DNA of 64,000 nt from a virus. Taxonomy: Duplodnaviria; Heunggongvirae; Uroviricota; Caudoviricetes. The DNA lies in the IMG/VR virus record IMGVR_UViG_3300010998_000001, positions 91,477 to 155,476 of that record. One strand, given 5' to 3'. Position numbers and translations under genes: made by a program. Under the pieces are notes generated by a model, which was not told where the DNA came from, did no database searches, and saw only the letters and a program-made list of their open reading frames with translations. Positions 21,340 through 30,869 of the stretch are shown piece after piece. Position 1 is the first letter of the stretch. Every line of letters starts with the position of its first letter.

Positions 21340-21387
21340 AGAGAAAACAAACTAAAACACGACGGAACACAAACGGAGGTCAATCAA

Positions 21388-21693
21388 ATGAAAAACATCA
21401 AGTCAACGATCCGCGATCTGAATACCATTTTCCGCGCCGTCGAAGGTTGGGTTGATGATTACGCAACCAAAGAAATCAATATCATTCTGAAGGCTTGCTA
21501 TGATAGGGGAATCGATGTTGAATGCATCGACGATAGATATTTCTGGATAGGCGGCGAGCCCACTACAAAGCAGAGAACATACAGATTGACCGATAGCAAT
21601 AGCGGCAACATTATCCCGTCGATCCTTATTATCAATCGTTACTATGGTAACTACGATAACGGCCATTGTGAATTGACTGGTTATTTTTCCTAA
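21388..21693 (+). CDS. Hypothetical protein (101 aa)
   Basis: In-frame internal ATG of track ORF 21130. RBS aacggaggtcaatcaaATG. Confidence 0.45.
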   Translation: MKNIKSTIRDLNTIFRAVEGWVDDYATKEINIILKACYDRGIDVECIDDRYFWIGGEPTTKQRTYRLTDSNSGNIIPSILIINRYYGNYDNGHCELTGYFS

Positions 21694-21735
21694 AAACAAG
21701 AAAACAAACTAAAGCAAAAACGGAGGTATAAAACA

Positions 21736-22062
21736 ATGATTAAAACCATGCTTACAATCGGAACTTTTGACAAGGATACTTGCAAGGCTGAAATTACCAT
21801 GGAGGAGGCCGTCAATCGTATTTCAAATATCATTCTTTCCAATGACATTGAAGGCGCAACTATTATCCCTAATTGCACGGGGATTTATAAGATGTGCAGC
21901 ACGGGCGAAATTATCCGCGAGCCTTCGATCCGTGTTGAATATGTGGAGGCAATTGTTCACGGTGATATATCTTTTCAGAAAATGATTGATGAAATCAAAA
22001 CAGAATTAAATCAAGAATCTGTTATGGTTGAAATCGCGGAGGTGAATGTGTCCTTTATGTAA
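21736..22062 (+). CDS. Hypothetical protein (108 aa)
   Basis: RBS aacggagg. Confidence 0.45.
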   Translation: MIKTMLTIGTFDKDTCKAEITMEEAVNRISNIILSNDIEGATIIPNCTGIYKMCSTGEIIREPSIRVEYVEAIVHGDISFQKMIDEIKTELNQESVMVEIAEVNVSFM

Positions 22063-22136
22063 TTTGACTTATCTTTGCAAAATATCCGCAAGTATAGATA
22101 CCGCCGTTTATATGGCTGAAATTATAGGAGGATGAA

Positions 22137-22337
22137 ATGTTTACAATTAAAAAAGATGATTTTGACCGCCTCCGCCGTGAACATCCTGATTATATCAGCA
22201 AAGCCATAAAACGCCACGAATGGAACGGGCGCATATGTGAGGCTGGTGATTATATGGGATTCGCCTCCGTCATTGAAGGCGATCCAAAAAAGGGAACGAC
22301 GCTAATATTTGAACATATCCATTTTGAAATAATTTAA
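22137..22337 (+). CDS. Hypothetical protein (66 aa)
   Basis: RBS aggagg. Confidence 0.4.
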   Translation: MFTIKKDDFDRLRREHPDYISKAIKRHEWNGRICEAGDYMGFASVIEGDPKKGTTLIFEHIHFEII

Positions 22338-22352
22338 CGGAGGTTTTCTGTT

Positions 22353-22817
22353 ATGGCAACGCCTAATTTCCGCTCAATGCTTTATAACATGCCGCTGGTT
22401 TGTGGCATTCCCTTTAGCGAATATTGGGAGGAATACGATCATGACGAATTCATGGCCGAAGTTGAAGCAAATGCGGATTGCGCGGAAGCGCAGCATATCG
22501 CGGAGGACTTTAACGACGATTTAACATTCCATACAGTCACCATTATCGCGGGACATTATGATTCATTTCAGTTTTTCGTGGAGGAAAAGTATTCCGGCTA
22601 TTTCGATCTTGATAAATCGTCCCGCTGGTGTATCGACAATGATAACGCGCATTATTATTTCGACATGTGTCGATCCCTGGCAATCCGAAAAGCGGATAGC
22701 GAAAAGCGCCGGATTATGAAATGGCTTTATCAAATCGCGGAGAAATACGGTTATAACATTTGCGGAATATCGGAACGTTTCTCCAATGGGGAAACATGGT
22801 ATTGCAAGCTGAATTAA
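22353..22817 (+). CDS. Hypothetical protein (154 aa)
   Basis: RBS acggagg. Confidence 0.45.
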   Translation: MATPNFRSMLYNMPLVCGIPFSEYWEEYDHDEFMAEVEANADCAEAQHIAEDFNDDLTFHTVTIIAGHYDSFQFFVEEKYSGYFDLDKSSRWCIDNDNAHYYFDMCRSLAIRKADSEKRRIMKWLYQIAEKYGYNICGISERFSNGETWYCKLN

Positions 22818-22831
22818 TGGAGGGCAGCGCA

Positions 22832-23164
22832 ATGAGAACAGAATTACAAATGTACTATTCCGGCAATAACTTTTTTGGTCATCGTGAAATGCTGACAAGC
22901 GAAATGATTTATCCTAGAATGTCGGATATAAAAAAATGCTTTATGTACTTGCGGAAAAACAGCGACGGCGCAATCCACTACCTCCATACCGATGGCGTAT
23001 GGTATTCAGCTTATTACAATTCTGAAAAGGATTTTAACGCTGGTATCCTAACAATGGCGATTAGTCCGCACCCGAATGTACGGGAATTGGAAACAATCGC
23101 ATTCGACAAATGCAAAGGAAAATTCTATAAATTCTTTACGGAGGATGAAAAAAATGATTATTGA
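22832..23164 (+). CDS. Hypothetical protein (internal start of track ORF 22760)
   Basis: RBS ggaggg 8 nt upstream. Confidence 0.4.
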   Translation: MRTELQMYYSGNNFFGHREMLTSEMIYPRMSDIKKCFMYLRKNSDGAIHYLHTDGVWYSAYYNSEKDFNAGILTMAISPHPNVRELETIAFDKCKGKFYKFFTEDEKNDY

Positions 23165-23492
23165 CCTTATTCTTGATAGGCGAGCAGCCGACAAACAAGA
23201 GGATGAAACGGGCAAGCGCCCAATCTGGTTTACCGGAGAAATTGACGAATACGATCCGGCAAAGTTTTACAGGGATGTCATGTCCTATGGAGAAATCGGC
23301 CACGACATCACGCGAGCGCTTGACGGCGGGACGGAGGACGATGTAAAGCGCGAATTGTGCAAGTATATCATCAATGGAGAATATAATCCCAACATTTGCG
23401 GATACATCTATTCCGTCAACTGGTTAACCAATTCAAGAGTGAAGGATAGTTTTGGCGAAAACATCAAGATAGTACCCATCACATTCGATTGA
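23154..23492 (+). CDS. Hypothetical protein
   Basis: RBS acggagg. Overlaps the upstream stop. Confidence 0.4.
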   Translation: MIIDLILDRRAADKQEDETGKRPIWFTGEIDEYDPAKFYRDVMSYGEIGHDITRALDGGTEDDVKRELCKYIINGEYNPNICGYIYSVNWLTNSRVKDSFGENIKIVPITFD

Positions 23493-23563
23493 TGGAAAAA
23501 TTGATTCAGAAGGGAGGTGATACGGAAAATTTCAAAAATTTTCGGAAAATTTGAAAAAAGCAC

Positions 23564-23592
23564 TTGACACAATGCAAGCATTGTGATATAGT
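23564..23592 (+). promoter_or_regulatory. Sigma70 promoter whose spacer contains the palindrome CAATGCAAGCATTG
   Basis: ttgaca-caatgcaagcattgtga-tatagt. Confidence 0.55.
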
Positions 23593-23635
23593 CTAAGCAA
23601 GCTAAACAAACTAAAGATTGAAGGGAGATAAACTA

Positions 23636-23821
23636 ATGAGTGCGATCATTTCTGAAATCATGGAAAGCTTGGATGTAACCTTGTCGGAGGCGCGGGACAT
23701 CATCGACGATCTGAAAAGCGACGTAAACCACTACATAAGCCAGGGCGATCTTGGCAGCGCGGAGGAGGCGCTTTACGAATACGGGATCGAAATGGAGGAT
23801 TTTATCGACGCTGTTATGTGA
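23636..23821 (+). CDS. Small acidic protein (61 aa)
   Basis: RBS gaagggag. Confidence 0.4.
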   Translation: MSAIISEIMESLDVTLSEARDIIDDLKSDVNHYISQGDLGSAEEALYEYGIEMEDFIDAVM

Positions 23822-23906
23822 TTTGGTTTATCGGGCGCATATACGGAAAATATACGCGCCCCATTAAATCAAATCAAAACGGAAAAAATGAATGGAGGAA
23901 AATATC

Positions 23907-24239
23907 ATGACAAACAATCAGATCATTTTTAATGCGGCGTATGAGCTTATGATGGAAGGCAAAATCGGAACGACTGGACGGAAAATTACACTAGAAGATG
24001 GAGAAGAATTTTTTGAACCGGAGCCGATTCACACGTTCCAAACTTGGAAAAAGAAGGGATATATCGTCAAGCGTGGAGAAAAAGCAATTGCAGCCATTGA
24101 CATCTGGAAATACGCGCCGCGCAAGAAAGACAATGATGATGGAGAAAACGACGGCGAGAAAAAGAAAATCCGCAATAGCGAAATGATTATTAAAACGTCA
24201 TACTTTTTTAGCATGGCGCAAGTGGAAAAAATCGGCTGA
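23907..24239 (+). CDS. Hypothetical protein
   Basis: RBS aatggagg. Confidence 0.4.
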   Translation: MTNNQIIFNAAYELMMEGKIGTTGRKITLEDGEEFFEPEPIHTFQTWKKKGYIVKRGEKAIAAIDIWKYAPRKKDNDDGENDGEKKKIRNSEMIIKTSYFFSMAQVEKIG

Positions 24240-24312
24240 TGGATTAGATTTATACAGCCCTATACGGAAAATATAGGGCTGAATTAAATCAAATCAAACG
24301 GAGGAAAAAACA

Positions 24313-24801
24313 ATGAAAATCAAGATGACGGAAAATTCTAAATGTGCTATCCATGTTTCTGAAATGCCGAAGGTACGGGAGATCATGGCAATGCTGAAGG
24401 AAGATGACAGTCTGAACGATTATGCGCAGATGGCCGCAAGAGTGGCGAGCGGAAAGAACGATGAATTTGAAATCCTGAAGGCCACGGCAGAGATGGCGCA
24501 GAATTGCAGAGTGTGGGATGCCTACGGCGACGGTACGGAAAAACTGGATGTATGGTTGGAGGTTTACGCCTATAATCCCTACTATGGTTTTTATGACCTT
24601 GGCATTTACCTGACAGATGTATGGGCGATCACGGGCGACAATGCGGAAGAAATCAAATCCCATATGTATATCAAGCCTTTTATTGCGGACTGTGAGGAAA
24701 AAATGAACAATCACGGCCTGACACAAGCGGAGATAATCGACATTATCATCAAACACTATGAACAGAAAAACAACCTTGTGGGAGGAAAAAACGATGACTA
24801 A
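24313..24801 (+). CDS. Hypothetical protein (162 aa)
   Basis: RBS acggagg. Confidence 0.45.
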   Translation: MKIKMTENSKCAIHVSEMPKVREIMAMLKEDDSLNDYAQMAARVASGKNDEFEILKATAEMAQNCRVWDAYGDGTEKLDVWLEVYAYNPYYGFYDLGIYLTDVWAITGDNAEEIKSHMYIKPFIADCEEKMNNHGLTQAEIIDIIIKHYEQKNNLVGGKNDD

Positions 24802-25180
24802 TCTTTACAATATCAAATCTCTTTTCAAGGATCACGACGGCGGTTATATCGCCATTCTGGAATACGGCAATGGAAGATTCTACAATCATTACGATTGCGC
24901 CGAAGATGGCAGCGGAAGCACGTCCAGCGCCGGAGGCTTTATTGACCTAGATGCAGCTCGCGCCGCCGTAAAGAAGCATCGTCCCATGGCGCGGGAATGG
25001 AAAAGATGGTATGAACATTCCGACATTCACACCTATGAGGTTGAAAAGCTCGGTTTTGCGGAGAAATTCACCGTCAAGCTTTTCGAGAACATGGGCGGGC
25101 GTTGGGTGCAGCTTGGAAAAGCTGAAATCTGTGACCGTGAAACAATGGAAGAAACAATCGGGATCGCATGGAGGGAATGA
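24794..25180 (+). CDS. Hypothetical protein
   Basis: RBS gggagg. Confidence 0.4.
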   Translation: MTNLYNIKSLFKDHDGGYIAILEYGNGRFYNHYDCAEDGSGSTSSAGGFIDLDAARAAVKKHRPMAREWKRWYEHSDIHTYEVEKLGFAEKFTVKLFENMGGRWVQLGKAEICDRETMEETIGIAWRE

Positions 25181-25255
25181 AAATGCTGAACATCGGAAAA
25201 TTTCAAGAGCGCAATCGCCTCCATTGAGGCGCTGGAAAACGGGGAGGAGATCTGA

Positions 25256-25534
25256 ATGAAAGTCAAGTATGTTCATTGTGATCGAGTGACAACTTTCAAT
25301 CTGGAAAAAGTGACGGGCGTTAAAGACAAATGGGGAATTACATTCGATGTGTCCAGTTTTCGGATTGATAGCTGGGCCGGAACAAAATCCGTATATATTA
25401 AATACTACGGAAAAAACGGTCTTCCTTATATGACCGCCCTGAAACGTGTAAACTTCTGTGAAGACGGGAATATGCTCATCAATGTATGCGGAAAAAGCTA
25501 CATCATCGGAACGTGGGAAATTAAAGAGCAATAA
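25256..25534 (+). CDS. Hypothetical protein (92 aa)
   Basis: RBS gggaggag. Confidence 0.4.
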   Translation: MKVKYVHCDRVTTFNLEKVTGVKDKWGITFDVSSFRIDSWAGTKSVYIKYYGKNGLPYMTALKRVNFCEDGNMLINVCGKSYIIGTWEIKEQ

Positions 25535-25541
25535 GGGAGAT

Positions 25542-25793
25542 ATGGAAAATATGAAAAAGTATGTTCTTTGTGAGACAATCGAGCGCGAGATTTCTACGCC
25601 GGAATTTTTTGATACACACGATGCGGTTTTTCGCGCCATGCTGGAAAGATTCTCGCAAGTCATGGATATTCCGTATTTGGAGCTTGTAATCCATCAAGAC
25701 GAATATGAGGACGAAATAACCGAGTATTCGGCCTATTGCGAACGCCACGGAAATAACTACGATTGGAAAATCTTTGAGGTTGAAATCAACTAA
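25542..25793 (+). CDS. Hypothetical protein
   Basis: RBS aagggag. Confidence 0.4.
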   Translation: MENMKKYVLCETIEREISTPEFFDTHDAVFRAMLERFSQVMDIPYLELVIHQDEYEDEITEYSAYCERHGNNYDWKIFEVEIN

Positions 25794-25820
25794 TAAAACG
25801 TAGATTTGATGGAGGAAAAC

Positions 25821-26102
25821 ATGAAGAATACAGCCTATCATATCGACCTTTGGGAAGAGCGGCAGATGGAATACGGGATCGGTATTGTGCGCCTTTGCGA
25901 TATTTACTGGTGGCCGGAAAGAATCAAAAAATCCGTTTCTAATTGGCGCATGATGGAAAAACTCAAAGGTATCAATGGTCTTCACGTTATCAAGCGGATG
26001 GATGGCAGTTATTATCTTAACTCAATTTCTGGATATACCTATGATAAAGGTATGTATCTCTACATGGTTCATCCTGACGGAACACTAACGCGAGAAATCT
26101 AA
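25821..26102 (+). CDS. Hypothetical protein
   Basis: RBS gatggagg. Confidence 0.4.
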   Translation: MKNTAYHIDLWEERQMEYGIGIVRLCDIYWWPERIKKSVSNWRMMEKLKGINGLHVIKRMDGSYYLNSISGYTYDKGMYLYMVHPDGTLTREI

Positions 26103-26121
26103 TCAATCGGAAAATTTGTAC

Positions 26122-26150
26122 TTGACACAATGCAAGCATTGTGGTATAAT
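26122..26150 (+). promoter_or_regulatory. Sigma70 promoter with the spacer palindrome CAATGCAAGCATTG and the downstream box GGTAGATCAGAAAGG
   Basis: ttgaca-caatgcaagcattgtgg-tataat. Confidence 0.55.
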
Positions 26151-26180
26151 CCGGGTAGATCAGAAAGGGAGGGCGATCCA

Positions 26181-26651
26181 ATGAAATTCGCAGAGTTTAA
26201 GCAGCATATCGAAAACACCTATAACGCCTTGTTTCATGCGAGCAAATGCAGATGTATGATTTACAACTGCTTTGGCAAGAGCATCACGATTGATTGCTGG
26301 CTTGCGGAAAAGACGGAGGAATGTCCTAATAATATTCCCGCAAATGATATGTTTCATATCAGCTTTATCATTGATCTTCCGAAGGACTGGCAGGACGATG
26401 ATGATATGCCGGATAACATGACGATGAAGGCATATGCGAAGGACATCAAAATCAAGCCGGAAAATCCGATGTTTTATTGTGATCGTAAAACAATCTCTTT
26501 CCGCAAAACTAGCGGCAATGCGGAAAAGTTGATGCAAACCTTCAGCAATTTCGTTATTCGTCTTTTTAAGGCCGTCATGGAGGAATACAAAAACGACAAT
26601 CTCCTGGCGTATGATATGCAGCTCATCCAGAAGAAAAATTATTTCATATAA
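26181..26651 (+). CDS. Hypothetical protein (157 aa)
   Basis: RBS aaagggaggg. Confidence 0.45.
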   Translation: MKFAEFKQHIENTYNALFHASKCRCMIYNCFGKSITIDCWLAEKTEECPNNIPANDMFHISFIIDLPKDWQDDDDMPDNMTMKAYAKDIKIKPENPMFYCDRKTISFRKTSGNAEKLMQTFSNFVIRLFKAVMEEYKNDNLLAYDMQLIQKKNYFI

Positions 26652-26679
26652 CAAAACAACAAACTAAGGAGATAACAAA

Positions 26680-26952
26680 ATGGAAACTATCATTTCTTTC
26701 ATCATGGCTTTTATCGCGGCCTTCGGGCTTTATCCGAGAACTGGTTACATCGTCGAGCTTGAGCCGCAGCCGGAAGATATGTATAAGATCACGATTGAGG
26801 ATGCCACTGGTAATCTGTGGGTATATGATACTGATGCAGATGATTATACCGTGGGCGACGGCGTAGCAATGATTATGTATAACAATGATACGCCGGAAAG
26901 TATCTATGATGATGTTATCATTTCAGCGCGTTATAGCGGTTTTTGGAGGTAA
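26680..26952 (+). CDS. Hypothetical protein (90 aa, N-terminal hydrophobic segment)
   Basis: RBS aaggag. Confidence 0.4.
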   Translation: METIISFIMAFIAAFGLYPRTGYIVELEPQPEDMYKITIEDATGNLWVYDTDADDYTVGDGVAMIMYNNDTPESIYDDVIISARYSGFWR

Positions 26953-26957
26953 TGACA

Positions 26958-27317
26958 ATGCGGATCATCAACACTTTGACAATTTATGTATATGATTTTC
27001 CTCTTGGCGATTGCACGAATGACGGAATATCAAAGTATTATAAAACCTTGCGACTATATTGCCCTGATGGGCCTGATAGCTTTGATGCTGATGTGGAAAT
27101 TCCCATTAACTTTTGCATGGTTGAGCAGCGCCAAGTGTATGCCGGAGAAATCTATTGTGATATTGTTCCGGCTACGATCATGGAGGGTTTTGGACTGCCT
27201 ACGCCGCGCCCTGGTTGGTGGATGTCTGGCGGAAATATTGGGTATAGTTGTGATTCAAGATTTGATGAGATGGCGGGCGTTAGCTATCCACTGAAAATTC
27301 ACGATAGGAGAGAATAA
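26958..27317 (+). CDS. Hypothetical protein
   Basis: RBS ttggagg. Confidence 0.4.
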   Translation: MRIINTLTIYVYDFPLGDCTNDGISKYYKTLRLYCPDGPDSFDADVEIPINFCMVEQRQVYAGEIYCDIVPATIMEGFGLPTPRPGWWMSGGNIGYSCDSRFDEMAGVSYPLKIHDRRE

Positions 27318-27319
27318 CA

Positions 27320-27535
27320 ATGGAAAAGATCATTGATGATATGATTTGCGCAGCTTATCGCCACAACGATTCCGAGATGGCTACAATGGCCTATAAGCTC
27401 ATGTGTGAGTTTGCACGTACAATCAACTGTCCTTCCAACTGGCGCGATATAGGCGAACGTATGGCCGGAAAATACAATGGAGATAACACTTTCCATGAGT
27501 GGGTAAGAGAGAATTGCAACCTGGAAGATTTCTAA
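27320..27535 (+). CDS. Hypothetical protein (71 aa)
   Basis: RBS aggag. Confidence 0.4.
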   Translation: MEKIIDDMICAAYRHNDSEMATMAYKLMCEFARTINCPSNWRDIGERMAGKYNGDNTFHEWVRENCNLEDF

Positions 27536-27563
27536 AAATATTAAACATGAAAACAAACTAATG

Positions 27564-27616
27564 CTTGACAAATGCAGTGTAGTATGATATAATACAGTTA
27601 CAGTAAATGAGTTACT
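27564..27616 (+). promoter_or_regulatory. Sigma70 promoter with the downstream operator-like palindrome AGTAAATGAGTTACT
   Basis: ttgaca-N17-tataat at 27564-27592; the palindrome is at 27602-27616. Confidence 0.55.
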
Positions 27617-27639
27617 AATCTGATTGGAGGATTTCAAAA

Positions 27640-27804
27640 ATGACATTCAGAGAGTTAATGGACAAACACGGCTATGAAATGATGTTGCTTGATCTGTACG
27701 ACAAGGATGGTAATGAAATAAATCCAGATGAAACGCCAGGAGAAGCAGAGGTTATCGGATATACGGAAGAATCCGGGTTTTGGGATGTTCAGTTAGATTG
27801 GTAA
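27640..27804 (+). CDS. Small protein (54 aa), the first gene after the operator promoter
   Basis: RBS ggagg. Not in the track because it is under 60 aa. Confidence 0.35.
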   Translation: MTFRELMDKHGYEMMLLDLYDKDGNEINPDETPGEAEVIGYTEESGFWDVQLDW

Positions 27805-27819
27805 AGGAGATCGGAAAAC

Positions 27820-28053
27820 ATGATGTATAAGGAACTGAAACAGGCCATTATCAATTGGCTCATGGAACATGAACACACATGGCAGCGAGAGAGCACTTGC
27901 CGCGAGAAATTTCACCCTTACATATACGACGCTGACGGAAACTATCTGATTGGTGGAGTGATCGTTAGTAACTTCATCTCCGCAGCGGACAAGCTCATTT
28001 ACGGCGACGATAAGATGATTAAACAGATCGGAGATTTGAGGCCGATTTTCTGA
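27820..28053 (+). CDS. Hypothetical protein (77 aa)
   Basis: RBS aaggag. Confidence 0.4.
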   Translation: MMYKELKQAIINWLMEHEHTWQRESTCREKFHPYIYDADGNYLIGGVIVSNFISAADKLIYGDDKMIKQIGDLRPIF

Positions 28054-28086
28054 TAAGACAATCTTTTAATTAGGAGGATAAAGAAT

Positions 28087-28290
28087 ATGAACAACAACAA
28101 ATGGTTTGGCATGGTACGCTGGTGCAATGATGATATTGCCGGAAAACTGGAAGATATGGGGATCGAAGCAAGCGAGGAAAATATCGCTGCCGTTCGCAAA
28201 AACTGCGAGAATAACAAATATTTCCGCGACACGATGATCGAAGCCGGATGGGATATGATCGAGGAAGCGATTAATGAAACGCTTGGATAA
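28087..28290 (+). CDS. Hypothetical protein (67 aa)
   Basis: RBS taggagg. Confidence 0.4.
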   Translation: MNNNKWFGMVRWCNDDIAGKLEDMGIEASEENIAAVRKNCENNKYFRDTMIEAGWDMIEEAINETLG

Positions 28291-28342
28291 AACGAAAGTT
28301 TAATCATCTGGAATAGCGCAAAACAAGATAAAGGTGGAAGAT

Positions 28343-28600
28343 ATGAAATACTTCGTTGTTTGGAGATCGAGAAACAATAAGCAATCGAATTACGAGATTT
28401 CAAATTCCAGAAATGCCATGAAACATCTGGAGGAAAAAGATGCTCAAACGGTATGGGTCTACGATAAAGATGGATGGTGGCTTTCATTCGCGGACAGAGA
28501 TCAGAATGGAAAACCTTATCGTCCGCAGATGTGTCCCGATGGCGAGCCGAGAAAATACTATGCGGAGAAATTCAAAGAACTCAACTGTGGAGGCCAATAA
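28343..28600 (+). CDS. Hypothetical protein
   Basis: RBS aaggtggaag. Confidence 0.4.
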   Translation: MKYFVVWRSRNNKQSNYEISNSRNAMKHLEEKDAQTVWVYDKDGWWLSFADRDQNGKPYRPQMCPDGEPRKYYAEKFKELNCGGQ

Positions 28601-28860
28601 TGAAACTAACCAATGAAGATAAAGATTATTTGAAATCCATCGGATATCGTGAAGAGGATTTCGCGCAAATCCAAAGAGCAGCCGGAAAAACTGATTATGA
28701 ATATCAGATGCAGAAGATCGGACAGAAGAAAGCTATGGAGCTTTTGGGACGTAAAAACTATCTAAGTGGGCTTGCAAGAAGCGCTTTTCATTGGACGTGT
28801 GTAAGAGAAAGATTTAATGGAGAAATCGTCTATTTCGATTCTGCTAGACTGTTTAGGTAG
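28600..28860 (+). CDS. Hypothetical protein
   Basis: RBS gtggagg; ATGA overlap with the upstream gene. Confidence 0.4.
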   Translation: MKLTNEDKDYLKSIGYREEDFAQIQRAAGKTDYEYQMQKIGQKKAMELLGRKNYLSGLARSAFHWTCVRERFNGEIVYFDSARLFR

Positions 28861-29070
28861 GTGGAGAATTTGAAAACCAATGACAGGGTAATGATCGTAT
28901 GTTGCGAAGCATCTCCATATAACAATCAAAAAGGTGTTATTGTGCGAACGCAGCTTAATATAGATAAGCATAAACAGGAATCAACAACCTATATTGTTCG
29001 TCTTGATAAACCTCATTGTGCATGGGCCAAAGAGGTTGGTTTTCCAATAGAAGCATTAAGGAGAATTTGA
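28861..29070 (+). CDS. Hypothetical protein (69 aa; possible GTG start)
   Basis: ORF track. Confidence 0.3.
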   Translation: MENLKTNDRVMIVCCEASPYNNQKGVIVRTQLNIDKHKQESTTYIVRLDKPHCAWAKEVGFPIEALRRI

Positions 29071-29071
29071 C

Positions 29072-29335
29072 ATGAAATACACTCTTGAATATCTCGCGGA
29101 CGTGGCGAAATTCTGGTTGGAAAATCAGGTCTATACCAGAACCACATGGAAAGACTTTCAATGCGGAGAATCGACCAGAGCAGATGAGATGGATAATTCC
29201 ATTATCTTCTGGTTTTCTTGCACATATACATGGAAACTTAATTCTTGGGATAAGAATATGTCTAAAGAAATTGGTGTAATCTACATCAAAGAAAAAGATT
29301 CTTGGACTTGCACGGAAGCGGCACTTGCTGAGTAA
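29072..29335 (+). CDS. Hypothetical protein (87 aa)
   Basis: RBS aaggag. Confidence 0.4.
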   Translation: MKYTLEYLADVAKFWLENQVYTRTTWKDFQCGESTRADEMDNSIIFWFSCTYTWKLNSWDKNMSKEIGVIYIKEKDSWTCTEAALAE

Positions 29336-29347
29336 AGGAGCGGAAAA

Positions 29348-30190
29348 ATGAAGCTGATTGATGTCAATAATGAGCGCAGCATGAAACGGGTTATCATGTA
29401 TAACCACGATCAGACGAAAGCGCTGTATCACAATAAGAATCTCATGCACGTCGAAGGAAATCTCTATGTCGGAGAATTTGAATACGATTGCAATGGCCCT
29501 TATTACGACGAGTTTGTTATTTGGCCGGAACTTGATGTCGGTATCTGGTTTGGAGTAGGCAGCGGCAAATGGGAAGAGATTAGTGATACTATGTTCGCCA
29601 TTGAGCGTATGGGTTATGACACGTTGGAAAACTTCAAACAGACAATTCATGCCAGATTGGAAAAGAATGACCATTTCCGTTATACCGAGATCGAAATGAT
29701 GAAGCTCGTGGATGCGTCTATGGTGGATGCTATGCGGGAGTCTCGCGAGCGGTTTGCGGAAAACCGTAGAATCAAAGAAGAAGCCAGACGGAAAGAACAG
29801 GCAGAGCAAGAAGCGGCATTTCTGGCCGAGCGCAAAGAGGAAGCCGAAGAGATTATCAATTCGGCGCTGGAAGTCTTGCGCAATGGTGGAGAGCTTAAAA
29901 ACAATTCTGTGAGCATTTATCGCAGCGAGTACGATCATTCTACTTATAGCATCATCAACTATCTCATGCGCGAGTATGGCGTTAAAGTGCCTATCAAGAC
30001 GCAGGGATGGATCAATAACAGTCTGGTATCTGTTACTATCCAGGATGGAAAATGCGAGCATTGCCGTTATTACAAACACAAAAATGGCAGAGGATCGACA
30101 ACTATTTTCGGCTACATGAATGAACTTATCAAGGCGGTGAGCAAAGATGGAAACATTGGACAAAAGGATTTTGAAGAAGTCGCCGGATGA
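29348..30190 (+). CDS. Hypothetical protein (280 aa) with a central coiled-coil
   Basis: RBS aaggag. Confidence 0.45.
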   Translation: MKLIDVNNERSMKRVIMYNHDQTKALYHNKNLMHVEGNLYVGEFEYDCNGPYYDEFVIWPELDVGIWFGVGSGKWEEISDTMFAIERMGYDTLENFKQTIHARLEKNDHFRYTEIEMMKLVDASMVDAMRESRERFAENRRIKEEARRKEQAEQEAAFLAERKEEAEEIINSALEVLRNGGELKNNSVSIYRSEYDHSTYSIINYLMREYGVKVPIKTQGWINNSLVSVTIQDGKCEHCRYYKHKNGRGSTTIFGYMNELIKAVSKDGNIGQKDFEEVAG

Positions 30191-30299
30191 ACTGGAGGAA
30201 TATTTAGCTTTTAAGCGGCGAGGCTTTAAGATCAATAACAAGAAAGGCAAAGGAAGTTACAAACGTAAGAACAAGCATCCTAAGAGGGAGGAAATTCAA

Positions 30300-30458
30300 T
30301 GAGCATCTATCGGAAAATTTCTTATATCATTATCGCGATCATGGCCTTGATTCTGATGTGGTTTGTAATTAGCTGGGTGGATGTTATCGCACATAATACT
30401 ATGCCCTATGTAATTTATCATAATTGGAATCTCTTTTATATGCTATTTAGTGCATAAC
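30300..30458 (+). CDS. Small membrane protein (52 aa)
   Basis: RBS agggagg; hydrophobic core IIIAIMALILMWFVISW. Confidence 0.3.
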
Positions 30459-30572
30459 AAACTAAAGCAATACATATTCTATTGCGGATCAAATGAGAGG
30501 ATGATATAATAAATCATCATAGCAGCCGCCAGGAAGCGTCTTGACGCGCCGCAATCGCAGGAGATGGAGATT

Positions 30573-30815
30573 ATGGCCTTTACAGAGGAAGAGCGTAGAC
30601 AGCGCAAGAATGAGCGCCAGAGACGGTATTATAGAGAGAATGCAGATAAAGCGCAGCAATACGCAAATGAGTATAATAAGACTAAAATGAAGTCATACGC
30701 ATTTCGGTTTTCATATAAAGAGGATCAGGATATTATTGACTTTCTGGAATCCATAGATAATAAGACAGATTACATTCGGCGGCTTATACGCGCCGATATA
30801 GAAAATAGCACTTGA
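30573..30815 (+). CDS. Ribbon-helix-helix-like small regulator
   Basis: C-terminal KSYAFRFSYKEDQDIIDFLESIDNKTDYIRRLIRADIE resembles a CopG/Arc RHH fold. Confidence 0.4.
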   Translation: MAFTEEERRQRKNERQRRYYRENADKAQQYANEYNKTKMKSYAFRFSYKEDQDIIDFLESIDNKTDYIRRLIRADIENST

Positions 30816-30840
30816 CATTATGCTAGCATTGTGTTATAAT
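30812..30840 (+). promoter_or_regulatory. Sigma70 promoter with the spacer palindrome ATGCTAGCAT and the downstream box GGTAGATCAGGAAAGG
   Basis: ttgaca-ttatgctagcattgtgt-tataat. Confidence 0.55.
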
Positions 30841-30869
30841 ATAGGTAGATCAGGAAAGGAAATTATCAC

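Noticed and set aside
21084-21693. Track ORFs starting at 21084 and 21130, considered as long genes spanning the first promoter
   Set aside because: Their 5' portions overlap the promoter and A/T-tract region and lack an RBS. The in-frame ATG at 21388 has a proper RBS, so only 21388-21693 is called.
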